Counted from the stretch's first letter, positions 10,520 through 23,615 are shown. The stretch is DNA of 64,000 nt from Botryllus schlosseri (GCA_051294905.1 CM119372.1:29948001-30012000); one strand, 5' to 3'. Numbers and translations: made by a program. The notes: generated from the sequence alone by a model not told the origin.

Positions 10520-11038
10520 TTAATCATCAGAATGATGTGATGTTGTAGGTCTAAGTGGAGCGATAGGTGGTTGCTGACGAAACATGATACTGCCAAAAGA
10601 CGCATACGTCCCGTCTGACGTAACATTGCTATTATGCGGCAAGTTGCGGCTTGTTGAAGATGGCGTCAGTAAGGACGTCACAAGAGGACTACTTGTCGAT
10701 GTTGAGGAGCCAGCTTCTATTTCTTCACTTCTATTCTGTTCGTTTGAGGCAGATTTTCTTAGCAAATATGGTTTTACTTTTGCTAACTTTAGATTTTTTA
10801 ATTGTTTTCTACGATAGTCATTTCGCCATGGCCATTCTTTGACCTTTTCATTACTTGCTCCCATTCCTTCGAAGAAGGCTTCTGCATAATGTCTAGTTCC
10901 ATTCTTAATGTCATCGAAAAAATCATTCCATCGTTGTAATCTCTCTGTCTTTTCCACCCCTCGAAGTACTTCATACCATAGTTCGATATTTTCAATAGAT
11001 AACTCCCATAATTGTTCTTTAGTTATTGATGCAGACAT
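10520..11038 (-). CDS. Orphan 172-aa protein with a Ser/Thr-rich tail; possible diverged paralog of 9474..10337
   Basis: ATG-started ORF in the co-oriented array; EVLRGVEKTERLQRW and VKPYL echo LLFGTCEKDNPRVQYW and VKPYF. Confidence 0.55.
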   Translation of the reverse strand: MSASITKEQLWELSIENIELWYEVLRGVEKTERLQRWNDFFDDIKNGTRHYAEAFFEGMGASNEKVKEWPWRNDYRRKQLKNLKLAKVKPYLLRKSASNEQNRSEEIEAGSSTSTSSPLVTSLLTPSSTSRNLPHNSNVTSDGTYASFGSIMFRQQPPIAPLRPTTSHHSDD

Positions 11039-11496
11039 TCTTTCATTTATGACACCTTGTTATTTTTACACCTTAAAATAATAGTGTTTCTTTCAGCCGA
11101 GATTATTGAAAGATATCGTTAATAATATTCCTTTTTCGGTAAAGTTGATTTGGTTTCAAACTTTGAATTTTGCTAATTGTTTATTAAGCCTGTTTGGAGT
11201 TAATTATTCTTTGACCAAGTAGAGAAAGTGTCATTTCTGGTTTTATCAATCCCAACAGTTCTTAATTGCCATAACTAATCTTCTCTTTTATATCACATAC
11301 CAGACTAATTGTTCTCTCTCTCCTAAAATCCACTGAATAACCTATCATTATTCCATGGGTATACAAATCTTTTTCAAACGAAAACCCAGTCGTCCACAAT
11401 ATGCAATTATTTCATTATCAGTCACAGAAAATATAACATATCTGGTAACAGTTGCAACGTTGTTAATGTACAATTATATCGCAAAGCTTTCAAATA

Positions 11497-12000
11497 CTAT
11501 TCGTCCTCCCAGGGACGCCAAAATTTTTCGTAGCGCATGAGTGTTTCCTCGTCTAGAGGTCTTAACAGTTCATGATCCGAGGATAGATCAGATTCACTAC
11601 TATTAATTCCAGAATCAGTATCTGATAGGGTATTCAGACTTTCATCCGAGTCTGTTAAATCACCGGACTCGGAATCCAGATAAGGTCTTAACAATTCATG
11701 ATCTGAGTAAAGATAGGATTCTATACAATCATTTCCAGAGTCGGTATCTGATAAGATACTCAAACTTTCATCCGAGTCTGTCAGATCTGATTCCGAATCT
11801 GTACTGTCTCCCCAAATCGAAGGGTTCCTTTCAAAATAGCTTTTCAAGGTGGTTTCGTCAATTTCTTGTTCGCTTTCTTCACTTTCATCATTCTCACTAT
11901 CGGATGGTGCTTGACACGATTCGAGAATTGCATCTATATTTTTAAGAACCACAACCCAATTTCCGGACCATATCTGCTTATCGAGAATAGAGGGTTCCAT
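11497..12000 (-). CDS. Acidic Asp/Ser-rich 167-aa orphan protein with a 42-aa internal duplication
   Basis: ATG-started ORF; DLTDSDESL..LSDTDSG...SDHELLRP occurs twice (126-nt period, frame preserved); TATATA ~65 nt upstream. Confidence 0.6.
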   Translation of the reverse strand: MEPSILDKQIWSGNWVVVLKNIDAILESCQAPSDSENDESEESEQEIDETTLKSYFERNPSIWGDSTDSESDLTDSDESLSILSDTDSGNDCIESYLYSDHELLRPYLDSESGDLTDSDESLNTLSDTDSGINSSESDLSSDHELLRPLDEETLMRYEKFWRPWEDE

Positions 12001-13859
12001 TGCTTCAGCACTTGTTATGCCTACAGTTATACCAGCAAAGAGATGTATTGTGGTTTCTTTGCCCTATATATACCAGGCCTGTGGAAATGCATGAAGCCTA
12101 TGTGTCATTAATTTTCCAAGTAACCAACAGGAAGCTCCTGTCTCTTTGGGCGAGTTCGCAAAACAGTACGTGGCAATTTTGTTATTGGCCTTATACTACG
12201 TATGTACTCTATCTACAACAACTTCACCTCTCAGCGTAGGAGTTGTTATTTACACGCCTCATTGCGCAAATCAAGTCGTTAAATTTTATTGCACCACAAT
12301 TTGATCGGGAATTTGTTATGCCTCAATCAACTTTGTGCCTGGACATTTCTTATTGAACGAAACTCCACTGCGGGTCAAATATTAAACCATAGTGCTTCGT
12401 ATGTCAAATGATCAGATTTTAGCACATTCTTAGTACCGTCATTGCTATATAAATACTGTATCATTGAAGTCGTAATGTCTTACTACAGAATCTGCCCAGC
12501 CGACCCGGACTTGTGTGAATCATTGGCCGGATGTTATCTAGTGCATGATTTGTAGTAAAGCTCTAGTGCATACTAAAGACCCGTTTCCTTTACCGTCTCC
12601 TTCACCGTCCCCTCAAAACATCGAGTCACCAATTTTTACTGTAGATAAGTCCTCATATCAAATGAGCGAGGACTGCCAAAATACGAGATAGAACCTCAGT
12701 TTATGACGCGCGTCGCCATTTTGTAAGGCTAACGATGGAAAATTCGACAACTCTGAATCCGCGCAATGAACCGCGAATAGACTCGGATGGGCTTATTTGT
12801 TCAGTTGTTCACGTTAAAAATCAAAGGATCAGGCCGAATTTTTTAGACTCATAACCTCTTTGTGCTGCACACAAGTTGTGGAAGTAATGATTAGATGCGC
12901 ACTTTCGCGTTTGTTACAATAATTAAGCTAACAAATACTGTCCGCTGAACACCGCCATATACCTTCGGTAGTTTCGTGGATAATTGAAAGCACCTCAAGT
13001 TACTATCAAATTCGACTTGCTGATCAGGGCATACATGGACCAGGGACAGACATTAACCAGCACGTTTGTCTCCCATTTGTACTCGTAATGCTGCCTACTA
13101 CAAATTGTCGATGACCCATTTCGTATACAAATGATTTGCGCTACATTATGCGTATTATACGCATGTGGGTCGGTTACCGTCCATATAGAAAATTTTCGAA
13201 ATAGTTACACTCTCTGAGTGTACTTATTGTTGATGTTCATATATCTATTTCACTGTAACTCTAGCCCTAGTTCGACAACTTGTGCCCGTCGCCACCGCCA
13301 AATACGGGCAATCAGGTATGACCAGAGCACCCCGTAATTGTGACTACTGTATATTTGCGTTCTGCTCGTGATTCCGTTATCAGTCAAACCTTGCCAGCCG
13401 ATTGAACAGTCGTTACTATGTATTGTACACAACGTATTTGGTAGATTTTAGCAAATAAACAATCGCTATTGGATTTACCGATTCAATCTCGTCGTTAAAA
13501 CGTAATTAATAATGTGCATACCGAATAACACCATCTTCTATCATGACTTTATGATCAAATATAAGTTGAGTTTTTTACCTTCTATAAATTTTGGTGCACA
13601 TTATATAACGATGAGATCCGTCAGTCATGTTTGAAATACTACTCAATCATGTTTGTGATAACCATCCCAGCGCCAAGCTAACCAGCCAAAATAGACATTT
13701 TCAGCTATTAATCATCACAACATAAGCTACCCAATAATGGAAGCCCACTGTGTTGGCGGTATGATCATTTATCGACAAACCATGTTCATTCATTTATGCA
13801 CACCAATTTGTTCATACCAATAAACCGCGTCAATACACATAGAACTCATTGTACTTCTG

Positions 13860-15110
13860 TGACTATACTTTATCTACAGCAAAAGCCAAGAACAGCATTA
13901 GCTTGACAAAACGGTTGTTGTATTTTCTCAAGATCAATTTTACCATTAAATGGGCTCTCTTACTGTCCGAACCTTTTGATTTTAAAAGCTGAGGCCTTCA
14001 TGCGTCAAAATTTCATGCCCGGGTTTAATTATCAACGGTATTTATACGAGCCTTAGTCAAAGGTCGCATGTTGGGCGACTACTCATTTTATCATTACTAT
14101 TATAGTTTGAAAAAGGGCGTTACACTAGCGTTTATTCGATCACATGGCATTAAATTAAAAACATTAGAATTTGCGTCTAATCGATCGTGTACATTTATGT
14201 ACTAATCGCGTGGTGGTGCAGATAACCCACTACTCAAATTTAGTGCTTTCAAGAACTTTGAATTGGAATTTTAGTCTTCAACTCAATTAGATCAGCCACC
14301 TACTGCGACAACTATTTCATGCTTCTAATCACGACACATTGCGACCAATTTTTCAGTTGCCACCTCCCAAGTAATTTTGACTAGATTAATTAGGGTTTTA
14401 TTTCAACACATCTTACAACAACTCGTCCCATATAGCGGTCAAATATGAACATCGGCAACAACAAACCGTATTTTGGCCCAATCCCACGTATTCTCTGGAA
14501 ATCACGATAAATCATGGAAACTGCCAATAATCACACGCCTCATTGCTGTATCGCAATACATGTCTTAGTTTCTCATGCGGCCGATCCGTTATTCAACATT
14601 TTCACACAATCAATCTGCTTGTGTCACTACTTCCGCAAGTATAATTCAATGGCGTAGATCAGATCTAGACAAAATACGGTTTGCGGAGTAATTCCGAGCG
14701 GCTAGTGAAATGTTGCTTGTAATTCATAACACAAAACCTACCTTTTGACGTTGTGGCGAAAACTAAGGCCCAAATAGGCTGTATAAACCGAACCAAAAAT
14801 TCATTTATTTTCAAACCCATTCATTAGTACGATTATTCATATCGCATGCGTATTCCAGTTTCGAAAAAAAATCAATGTAGCTAATTAAAGTTACAAGAAT
14901 TTAGAAAAACATTAGTCGTTGCCATTATTACATCAGGGCTGGAGTCAGGTGTAAGATCATCTTTCTGGGTGTTATAGTCGATTAGTTTACCGCGATATGG
15001 TGATATCAACACAACTACGTGTATTCAGTCAAAGATACACGAATTCCAGAAGAACTACCAATCTCGTTGAACAACAAGGCCCCCTCATCAAACCGCACAG
15101 TACCCACTGC
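13860..15110 (-). pseudogene. Possible heavily decayed third copy of the glycoprotein family
   Basis: Short collinear motifs in shifting frames: GTVRFDEG (~15100), IILAEVVT (14646..14623), CTTTRLVHKCTRSI (14220..14179), VFNLMPCD, and R-FVKLMLFLAFAV (~13910). Confidence 0.3.
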
Positions 15111-16899
15111 TCGGAGCAGCCAACAATTCAGTTCAAGTTTTGTAGTATGCCAAATCCACTTATGTTTGCTGATAGAAAATTTGCGAATAGGGGTTCGAAA
15201 AGGATACACAATAAATCCTAATATTAACACGTCCTATGTGCAGTATTTGTTAGTTAACAGCGTAACTTTACTGCGTTTATAAAATTACCACACTCGAGAA
15301 TACAGTAAAATTGCCCATCCCCGATGTAGATGTTACTTATTCAAGAAAATGCAGACTATGGCGCAAAAAGTTCAACAGCTAAACTCTTAGTATTATGTCC
15401 TTTCTTTTAGATAAAACTTCAAAATGATCCAATGTTAGTGGGGCAATATTTAGCCTACTAAAACATATATGACTCATGTGATTCAAATTATTTCCAACGA
15501 CGTAATTTCTGCGCAACGTAGTTGTTTTACTATGTAGTAAAATTGCAATTGACATAGCTATTCTGCAATTCTTTGAAAAATACTATCTATCTAAACTGTC
15601 ACGAAGTGATTAATAAATTAACAGATATCCTCTTTGGGCAGTCGTCTAATCGCCAACTACTCCTCGCCTAACAGAATACTTCGAATCTCAATTCATGACC
15701 TACCATCCCCCAAAACACTTAAGTGTATTTAAATTTGTACTCAGGTTCCTAATCATAAATTGAAGATGGTTGCTCATGTTTGGTGAAGTAATTTGTCAAA
15801 CATTGTTATATCTAGGCATTGCAACTAGCTATAATATACTCGATTTTTTAGACCATACAACCTAATTTAAATAAATTATAATTTTTTAAAACGTGATGTG
15901 ATAGAATAACACCCACGTACTATCAACTCAGTGCCCATTTATTATTTATAAATAAACCCAACGATTTCTAGCGTAACAATAATGTGGGTCTTTATTTTTT
16001 ATATCAATGAATCCGCATAACTAGATTCACCCCAAGTATTGTTCCATCATGTCGGACATTCTAGAAGGACCAATTAATTGGGGCGGCTCCTGTCACACAG
16101 ATTTAGGTACCATGCCCATATTTTCTTTAAAATTAGCAATGCTTTACCTGAGGGAGCTTTGAGAACGGTACATATTTTACAGTCGAGAGTCATAGTAGCT
16201 TAAAAACATTGAAGCGGATCAATCACTCTGCGTCTTGAGCAGAATTGTTATTATTTAACTATTATCCGGTTCGCAGCGTAATATGAGTTTGACAGTACAG
16301 GAAACTATCTGTGCTACTCGTCCTCGTTGTGGCAAACGCTTGTTGTTGAATTACTTTGCCACAATGTTTAAGTTTGGACCGACGAGGCGAGTTGTGTGTA
16401 TGAGCATAGCTAATTTTTGGAACTTATAAGTTAGTGTTTCTCAACCGGAATAAACGTAATTCTTGGGATATACCAGAATTTGCAAAGAGTGTACCTTTCC
16501 AATGGGATATATATGGATGTACCAGACCCGGATTACCCTGAGCCTACGGTCAGCTATCACCAAGGTAGGTATATGTACAATGTTGTCTCAAATGTAATAC
16601 TGTATTCCGCTTAGTCGCAATATCACAAGTTATTTATTTTAGTCGTAAACCTAACTCAATGGTCTAGTTAGATGTTATAAAGTACCTACAGTTGGAAGAC
16701 ATGTTTTTAGCTAGTCATTTATGCTATAGGTCAGATTTCCTGAAGCGGTATTCCCTGCTTGACGTAAATAAATGCCATAATGTAGTGAATGCAGCAATTG
16801 AAGTGACGTAGCCAGTCAGGGTCGAAACACCTTCCATATTTGAAATTAAAAAACCCTTTTGATTTAAAATACCGATTGGTTGTGTCTTGATCCCAATAC

Positions 16900-17545
16900 T
16901 GTAACATTCGAGTCATAAGTCATTTCGAGTCACTGCACCTTTTGATCGAGTCAAGTCAAGTCAACTGTTTACTGAAGGTGACTCGAGTCAAGCTAAGGTT
17001 CAAATCGAATTGCCTTTATCAGTCATAAGACGTAATTACGTCATTGTGCTTTACTAGCTTTCTGCAATACATATCGAGTGGTCATTGGTATTTAACCGAT
17101 GAAGATATATTGAGTTAAATAAGCACACAAATAATGCGCTGTATTGTTCACATATAAGTAACTTAATAAACCACTTAAGTAAACGCACCGTTCTCAGTTT
17201 ATTATACTAGCCCAAAATAGGGAATTGAATAAAACACTATAGTTATGATAGCGTTGGCTGCAAGCTTCGACTTCTTAACCCGCGATCAATATGTTCGTGA
17301 CACTATGTCAGATGGATGCCCAATAAAACGCACTATCATTGAATGATTGGTCGCTCTTATGGATCACATAAATGTCGCATGAACAATCCGAACATATGCT
17401 AGATACAGCGATCTTTATCTACATTGATTTTTGATGACTTGAAATTGGCTCACTAATTTTGCTCCGAGTTAAAAATCAATTCGTATTTCTGATATACCGA
17501 GTCAAATCAGGTCAAATCAAGTCGCCTGAGACCAGTGACTCGAGA
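16900..17545. repeat. Degenerate element with CTCGAGTC/AAGTC subterminal repeats
   Basis: Clusters of cgagtcaagtc at both ends, similar to the element at 38442..38997. Confidence 0.4.
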
Positions 17546-20500
17546 GATCATGGACCTATGTATAGCGGCATACGATTTGAGATTATTGGCATTCTCTTGT
17601 AGCCTAGTTGCTATTGTCTACTTTGTGCAGTGTGCAGTACGCAATGTGAGGTAGCCCTGATACGCAATAGGTTGATGCTCATGCTATCGCCGATTGAAAT
17701 TCCCACTTTTGCCGCAGTTATTTATACTACCCAATACTGTTATTTTTAGGTTAGATTATCGTTTGTAATGTCATGCTGTTTTTGGGGCTGCCACAAAATA
17801 GACGCCGATTTTTATTGATGGCGTCTTATTCGGCCGCGAATAGACTTTGCGATCAAATTTTAGTTATTTTAAATTCAATTTTTTGGACATGGAACCTGTC
17901 CCATAGATTTATGAGACCAGTTTGTCAATTCAGTAATTCGCCATTAACTAACTCGAATCCCCCAATATGGCTATTTCAATCAATACGTTGAAATGCGTCA
18001 TATTATGCCATTGCAAGCAATGCCCAAGGGATATTGGAATCCGATGCCCAAATCATACGGCGAGGATACCATTTTTAGTTTATATGTAAGTAACAGCTTT
18101 AGTAGCAAAACGCGTCGACAGCAGACTGATACTATAAACCATAAAATTCCAGACCTACTGTCATTATGTGCAGCAAATGATTGTATTTACAAACGTCTTT
18201 AGCAGGGATCAGCAGTACCTTTTTTAGCACAGGCAAAATTATGAGTGAGCGAGTGTTTGGCGGGCCGTGATTTTATTTCGTGGTATATTTTTCGCTTATA
18301 TCAGTATATTATACTATCTGATGCAATATCAATCATTCTAACCGTAAAACACAAGCATTTATACTTCAGCAGCGCAGAATGAATGCAACAATTGATGCAG
18401 CTTGCTTTACGAAAAATCGTCAACTTCTGACAATAAGTCAGGTGAAGCAAGAGCCAGACCATATTCCATATAGGCTTCCAAACTTCGTGATATTAGCTTG
18501 TTCTTCTAGAATTTTATTGTTCAAAACTATTGCTCACATGCGTATACACACTACTAAAAATCAATGTAATGTCTTTTGCATTGTTGGTCACGTGATAAGG
18601 ATAGGTTTCAAGGACGTACTCTCTATAGTGATATGCTCCTTGTGTTATATTTGTCATTAAATTCTACTGCATCGCATTTCCGAAGGCTCATTTTAATTTT
18701 ACGGACCAGTTATTAGCGTCCATATTGAATTAGTACTGAGTATTTAGAATTTATTTTTGTATAGAAGAGGTGTCAGTGAAGCGGGTGAATATTCCATCAT
18801 TAAATTTCATGTTATAGTTATAAGTACATCGTTGATTTTCTCTCTCCCCTTCAGATGAAAATGAGCATCAGTTTCTTTGTACTGACGAAATTTTCCTAGA
18901 CGCCGATTTGATTAGAATGTGTCCCTATATCTCATATATCCAGTTGTTTTACCTTAAGTATTAAATTCTATTTGTTCCGATGTGATATTAAATGTATCAG
19001 GAGAGCAAGTTTATATACCAATTTAAAAAAAATAAGATTATGAGTTAGCGATATTTATAATTCAAGAAAAGTTGCCGTTTTATTTCACAGTTCATTGCCT
19101 CATGCAAGCATGGCTACTTTATTTAATACGCGAACGGGAAAGATACTCCTCTCTTTGTTCTATTGATTCAATGCTTCTGGTAATTTTAGCGTAACAACGC
19201 TGGCGATTCAGTTAGTGAGACAGGATGGTATTAACCTTTATCATCATCTCACTCGATTGGTTAGCAACAATATGTTATATTCTGCCCAGATAATCTTCAT
19301 CACCTATTTCAACCCCTTTTTGTTCTATGACGTCACATTAGAACGATACGATGTAGAGAACTTATATCATAGCAGTTCCGCATTCTTTCCAAACAGTCCG
19401 GCACTGAAAAGGGAAAAGTATTTTAAAATGGTGGTCAAAATCTTGTGACATCTAAATTATTGGACCGGGCGATTTCGCTTAGCGAGTCGGATCCAGCCCC
19501 TAGTCTATAGCTATGTTGCGTGGGATTATATAACTGATAACATCACGTATTAACAAGGGTTTCAATTACCAAGCTGACAATTAATTACTATAGTTGTTGT
19601 CCTAGCCTATTTACTTCCAATCCACTACTAGTTTTCATATGTTAAATTTTAAGTCAAACGACCATCATTATTGTCCACATTGTAAATTTTACTCAAAGTA
19701 ATTTAATTCATAGGCTCTTTGTGATCTTCTAATGTAGTTTCATCGATTTCTTCTATTCAACTGTGTTTTGATGTTATATAATCATAACTTCTTTCATTAT
19801 ATTTAATCGTATAAAGACAATTTTCTTTAACGTTCACATAATATTAAATGTCCTAATGCTATTGTTTATAGGATTTGACTAACTTGTCATCAATCTTAGT
19901 CAACTTCTTTTCAACCCTTGCTAACTTTCTAGACTCTTCATGCCTTTCAGCTCTGTGTAGAGTGAACTGAATTTTCTGTTCTTGCGCTTCGAGTTATATT
20001 CAGTTGTGAGCGGAAGATCGTTAACATGTATGCATCCACCCCTGTCACCACGAGCAATTTATTACTTTCTTAAAGTAGGGACTGACGCACATCCGAACAT
20101 TCATCAAGCAAATTTTTGTCGCTATCCTTCGTACTATAGCGTGATTAAACCACCAATTGCAGTCAAATTTCACCATTTTGCTGCAGTTAATTATTTCCTA
20201 TGAGTCAATCTACCACTGCAACGTTTCCTTTCCCACCGCCTTTTTATGGCCTTATTGCGCAAATGTTCCACAGTGGCGTGATCAAACCACCAATTGAGGT
20301 CAGATTTCGCCATTCTGCTAAAGTTAATATTTTCCTGTGCGTCAATATGCCATTGCAACATTTACATTCCCACAGTCATTTACGGTTGTATTCTGCAAAA
20401 ACAACGCAATTTGCTCTCAAACTTTGCAAACTGATGTATTACTCAATCCTAATTTGGTTTCTTAACACAATCCGACAATTTCGCAATTATATATTTCGCA

Positions 20501-21806
20501 ATGATGTTCGTTGCATAAGCAACAGTAATACCGTGAATTTGCCGCGTACAATATTCAATAATTAACATAACAACATAACACATAACAACCCTCATTTCTA
20601 CTTTACAATAATTCGGCATTTATTTTACAATATTTATCTTAGTTTGTCATGCAATGTCACTGCAGTAATATACGTCTTTCGGTTATTCCGCCGAATAACC
20701 TCCCTAAGATAATTTTTTGAAGTGACTCTCCGGCATTTCGCATAACCTAAATACATACATCCTACCATTGCCGTTACGCTAACCGCAAAAATCAAGGCAT
20801 AATTGTTAGTTGATTCTTCTAAACCCTTCTTATTATTAATATCAATAATAGTTCTTCCTACTGTATAAGCTTGTTCCATTTCCAGCAGTTTGTGTAATTC
20901 TCCGTAGAAATCAAATGTAATTCGGTCCGGTCTGTCATCTTTGGTAGTAGATAAGGTAAGCGGTATATCGAGTGTAGTTATTCCTTCTTCGACTGCGGGC
21001 GTAATTGATGAACGTGCACTATTGGAAGTCCTCTTCCAACTTTTGATCACATCATTTTTACTTACTGATGTTGGTTCGTTCTGGCCGTACCTTGATGAAA
21101 GCAATGATGTTGATTTAGTTCTTACCTTTAGGTCTTGTTCCCGAGTTTGGTCATATGCTTTGGTGGTAGAGTGAGCCTTGTTGGTGACGAAATTTCGGTG
21201 CATTCCAACTATCGTTGCTATTCGTGTTGTATCAAATAACATGTTGAGGTACGGTGTCGTCTCCACGAATTCCTTAGCGTAACGATTTGATTGCATTGAG
21301 GACTCAGATGTCCGCATAATCTGCGACGTTTCTATAGGCATTGAAATAGAGTTTGACATTTCACCGCTTTTTGTGGGTATTTGATAAGTCGTGGTATCCC
21401 ATTGTAACGGTGTATTTGCAGTTTTCTCTATGGGTGTAGGTATTGTTAACTCATTTTCAGAAAAGGTGGTTCCTGTCGTTGTGACACCAATACTTTTCTG
21501 AGCGTCCATCTCTGTTAATACAGCCAAATCTTCCGTCGTCGGATCCCCAGTCGTAAAAAACTCTGTGGAACTCACTCTGCGTCTTTCTCGTACACTCGCA
21601 GTTTTCACTGTAGTTAAGAATGTAGTTATAGATACAGTCGGTCTTGAGCTAGCGTTATCCTCGCGTGAGGAATGCGTTGTCGTCGATATGGCAGGAAGTG
21701 GTGTCGATGAAGCCGTTCCGGAAGTAATAATAGCCGATGTCAACCTTCTGGTGTATGGCGTGATTCCAGTAGTTGTTAATTAAATAGTATATTCATATTG
21801 AAATGA

Positions 21807-21840
21807 ACCCGAATATTTTCGGCTGACACTCGTCAGGGGT
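21807..21840 (-). ncRNA. Minimal hammerhead ribozyme (mirror copy)
   Basis: Exact reverse complement of 23582..23615. Confidence 0.78.
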
Positions 21841-21941
21841 AATCGTCAGCAACTAGTAGAGAATTGGAAAGAACATTGTATATCAACAATCGTATCACAA
21901 AATATGACGTCACCAGCATGAAATTTCGAATGAGAGAGCGT

Positions 21942-22677
21942 TCAATGTACTATTTTTAGGTGATACACGAACTCCTTTTGTTGACAGAGTTTTGGTTGGT
22001 GTATTTTGATAAAAGTTGATTCCAAGGCACACAAATGGAATTGTGAACGGCCTCGACCTACGATTCGAAATCGGTCGTCTCGATAATTATTCGCACAAAT
22101 CGGATTATCCAACAAATGTTTGCCGATGGCAGAATTAATTGCCTTTGATCGATCAGCATCAATCTTAAGTGGATGAGTTAAGGGTGAGCTTTTCACATCG
22201 CGTGACGCACGTGTTCTGATAAATCTGGGGACATGTTGGTTTATGCGGTCCTGCAGACGTCTTGACGTTCTTCCCACGTAGCCACAATCACAGTGGCACC
22301 TATATTCGTACACTACATTACTTTGTTGAAGTGCAGGAAGCACGTCTTTGCGTGTTGAAGGGAGCAGTTGTGTTGTTGTAAAAATCACATTGGTTTTGAC
22401 TGTATCGTAACATTTACCGACAGCAGAAATCAATTGTTTTTCAAAGCGGGTGGAAATGGGGCCAATCCAAGGTAGATGGATATAAACATCTTTTATTGTT
22501 CGTGCGGTGGGCTCTGTTCGTTTTTCTGCGTTGAATTGCGTTAATTTCCTCTCCATGCCGCGGCTGATGACGTGTTCAGGGTAACCATTATCAAGTAAGA
22601 TTTTTCGGATGTAGTCAAGTTCTAAACTCAGTTTGTTACCCGAACATATCATCAACGCTCTATGCACGAGTGTGCCT
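21942..22677 (-). pseudogene. Penelope ORF 3' fragment (RT thumb/linker and GIY-YIG), inverted copy
   Basis: NVVYEYRCHCDCGYVGRTSRRLQDRINQH motif; translation identical to the plus-strand copy. Confidence 0.9.
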
Positions 22678-22699
22678 GGAAGGCCGGAAGGCCTGGATT

Positions 22700-23480
22700 C
22701 CGCTGGAATTCATTTAGTCCTCGGCGCAGAAAAATTAACCTCATAGGCACACTCGTGCATAGAGCGTTGATGATATGTTCGGGTAACAAACTGAGTTTAG
22801 AACTTGACTACATCCGAAAAATCTTACTTGATAATGGTTACCCTGAACACGTCATCAGCCGCGGCATGGAGAGGAAATTAACGCAATTCAACGCAGAAAA
22901 ACGAACAGAGCCCACCGCACGAACAATAAAAGATGTTTATATCCATCTACCTTGGATTGGCCCCATTTCCACCCGCTTTGAAAAACAATTGATTTCTGCT
23001 GTCGGTAAATGTTACGATACAGTCAAAACCAATGTGATTTTTACAACAACACAACTGCTCCCTTCAACACGCAAAGACGTGCTTCCTGCACTTCAACAAA
23101 GTAATGTAGTGTACGAATATAGGTGCCACTGTGATTGTGGCTACGTGGGAAGAACGTCAAGACGTCTGCAGGACCGCATAAACCAACATGTCCCCAGATT
23201 TATCAGAACACGTGCGTCACGCGATGTGAAAAGCTCACCCTTAACTCATCCACTTAAGATTGATGCTGATCGATCAAAGGCAATTAATTCTGCCATCGGC
23301 AAACATTTGTTGGATAATCCGATTTGTGCGAATAATTATCGAGACGACCGATTTCGAATCGTAGGTCGAGGCCGTTCACAATTCCATTTGTGTGCCTTGG
23401 AATCAACTTTTATCAAAATACACCAACCAAAACTCTGTCAACAAAAGGAGTTCGTGTATCACCTAAAAATAGTACATTGA
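22700..23480 (+). pseudogene. Penelope ORF 3' fragment (RT thumb/linker and GIY-YIG)
   Basis: VVY...YVG GIY-YIG motif with Cys insert, SAIGKHL, ALESTFI; the RT core is missing (5'-truncated). Confidence 0.9.
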
Positions 23481-23581
23481 ACGCTCTCTCATTCGAAATT
23501 TCATGCTGGTGACGTCATATTTTGTGATACGATTGTTGATATACAATGTTCTTTCCAATTCTCTACTAGTTGCTGACGATT

Positions 23582-23615
23582 ACCCCTGACGAGTGTCAGC
23601 CGAAAATATTCGGGT
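23582..23615 (+). ncRNA. Minimal type I hammerhead ribozyme in the Penelope pLTR
   Basis: ACCC-CTGACGA-GTGTCAGCC-GAAA-ATAT-TC-GGGT: conserved CUGANGA and GAAA cores, UH site (C23611), stem I ACCC/GGGT, palindromic ATAT in place of stem III. Confidence 0.8.

Noticed and set aside
16513..18958. Possible plus-strand two-exon gene (MDVPDPDYPEPTVSYHQ / DENEHQFLC...)
   Set aside because: Splice sites are phase-compatible, but the product is ~50 aa with no recognisable homology; chance cannot be excluded.
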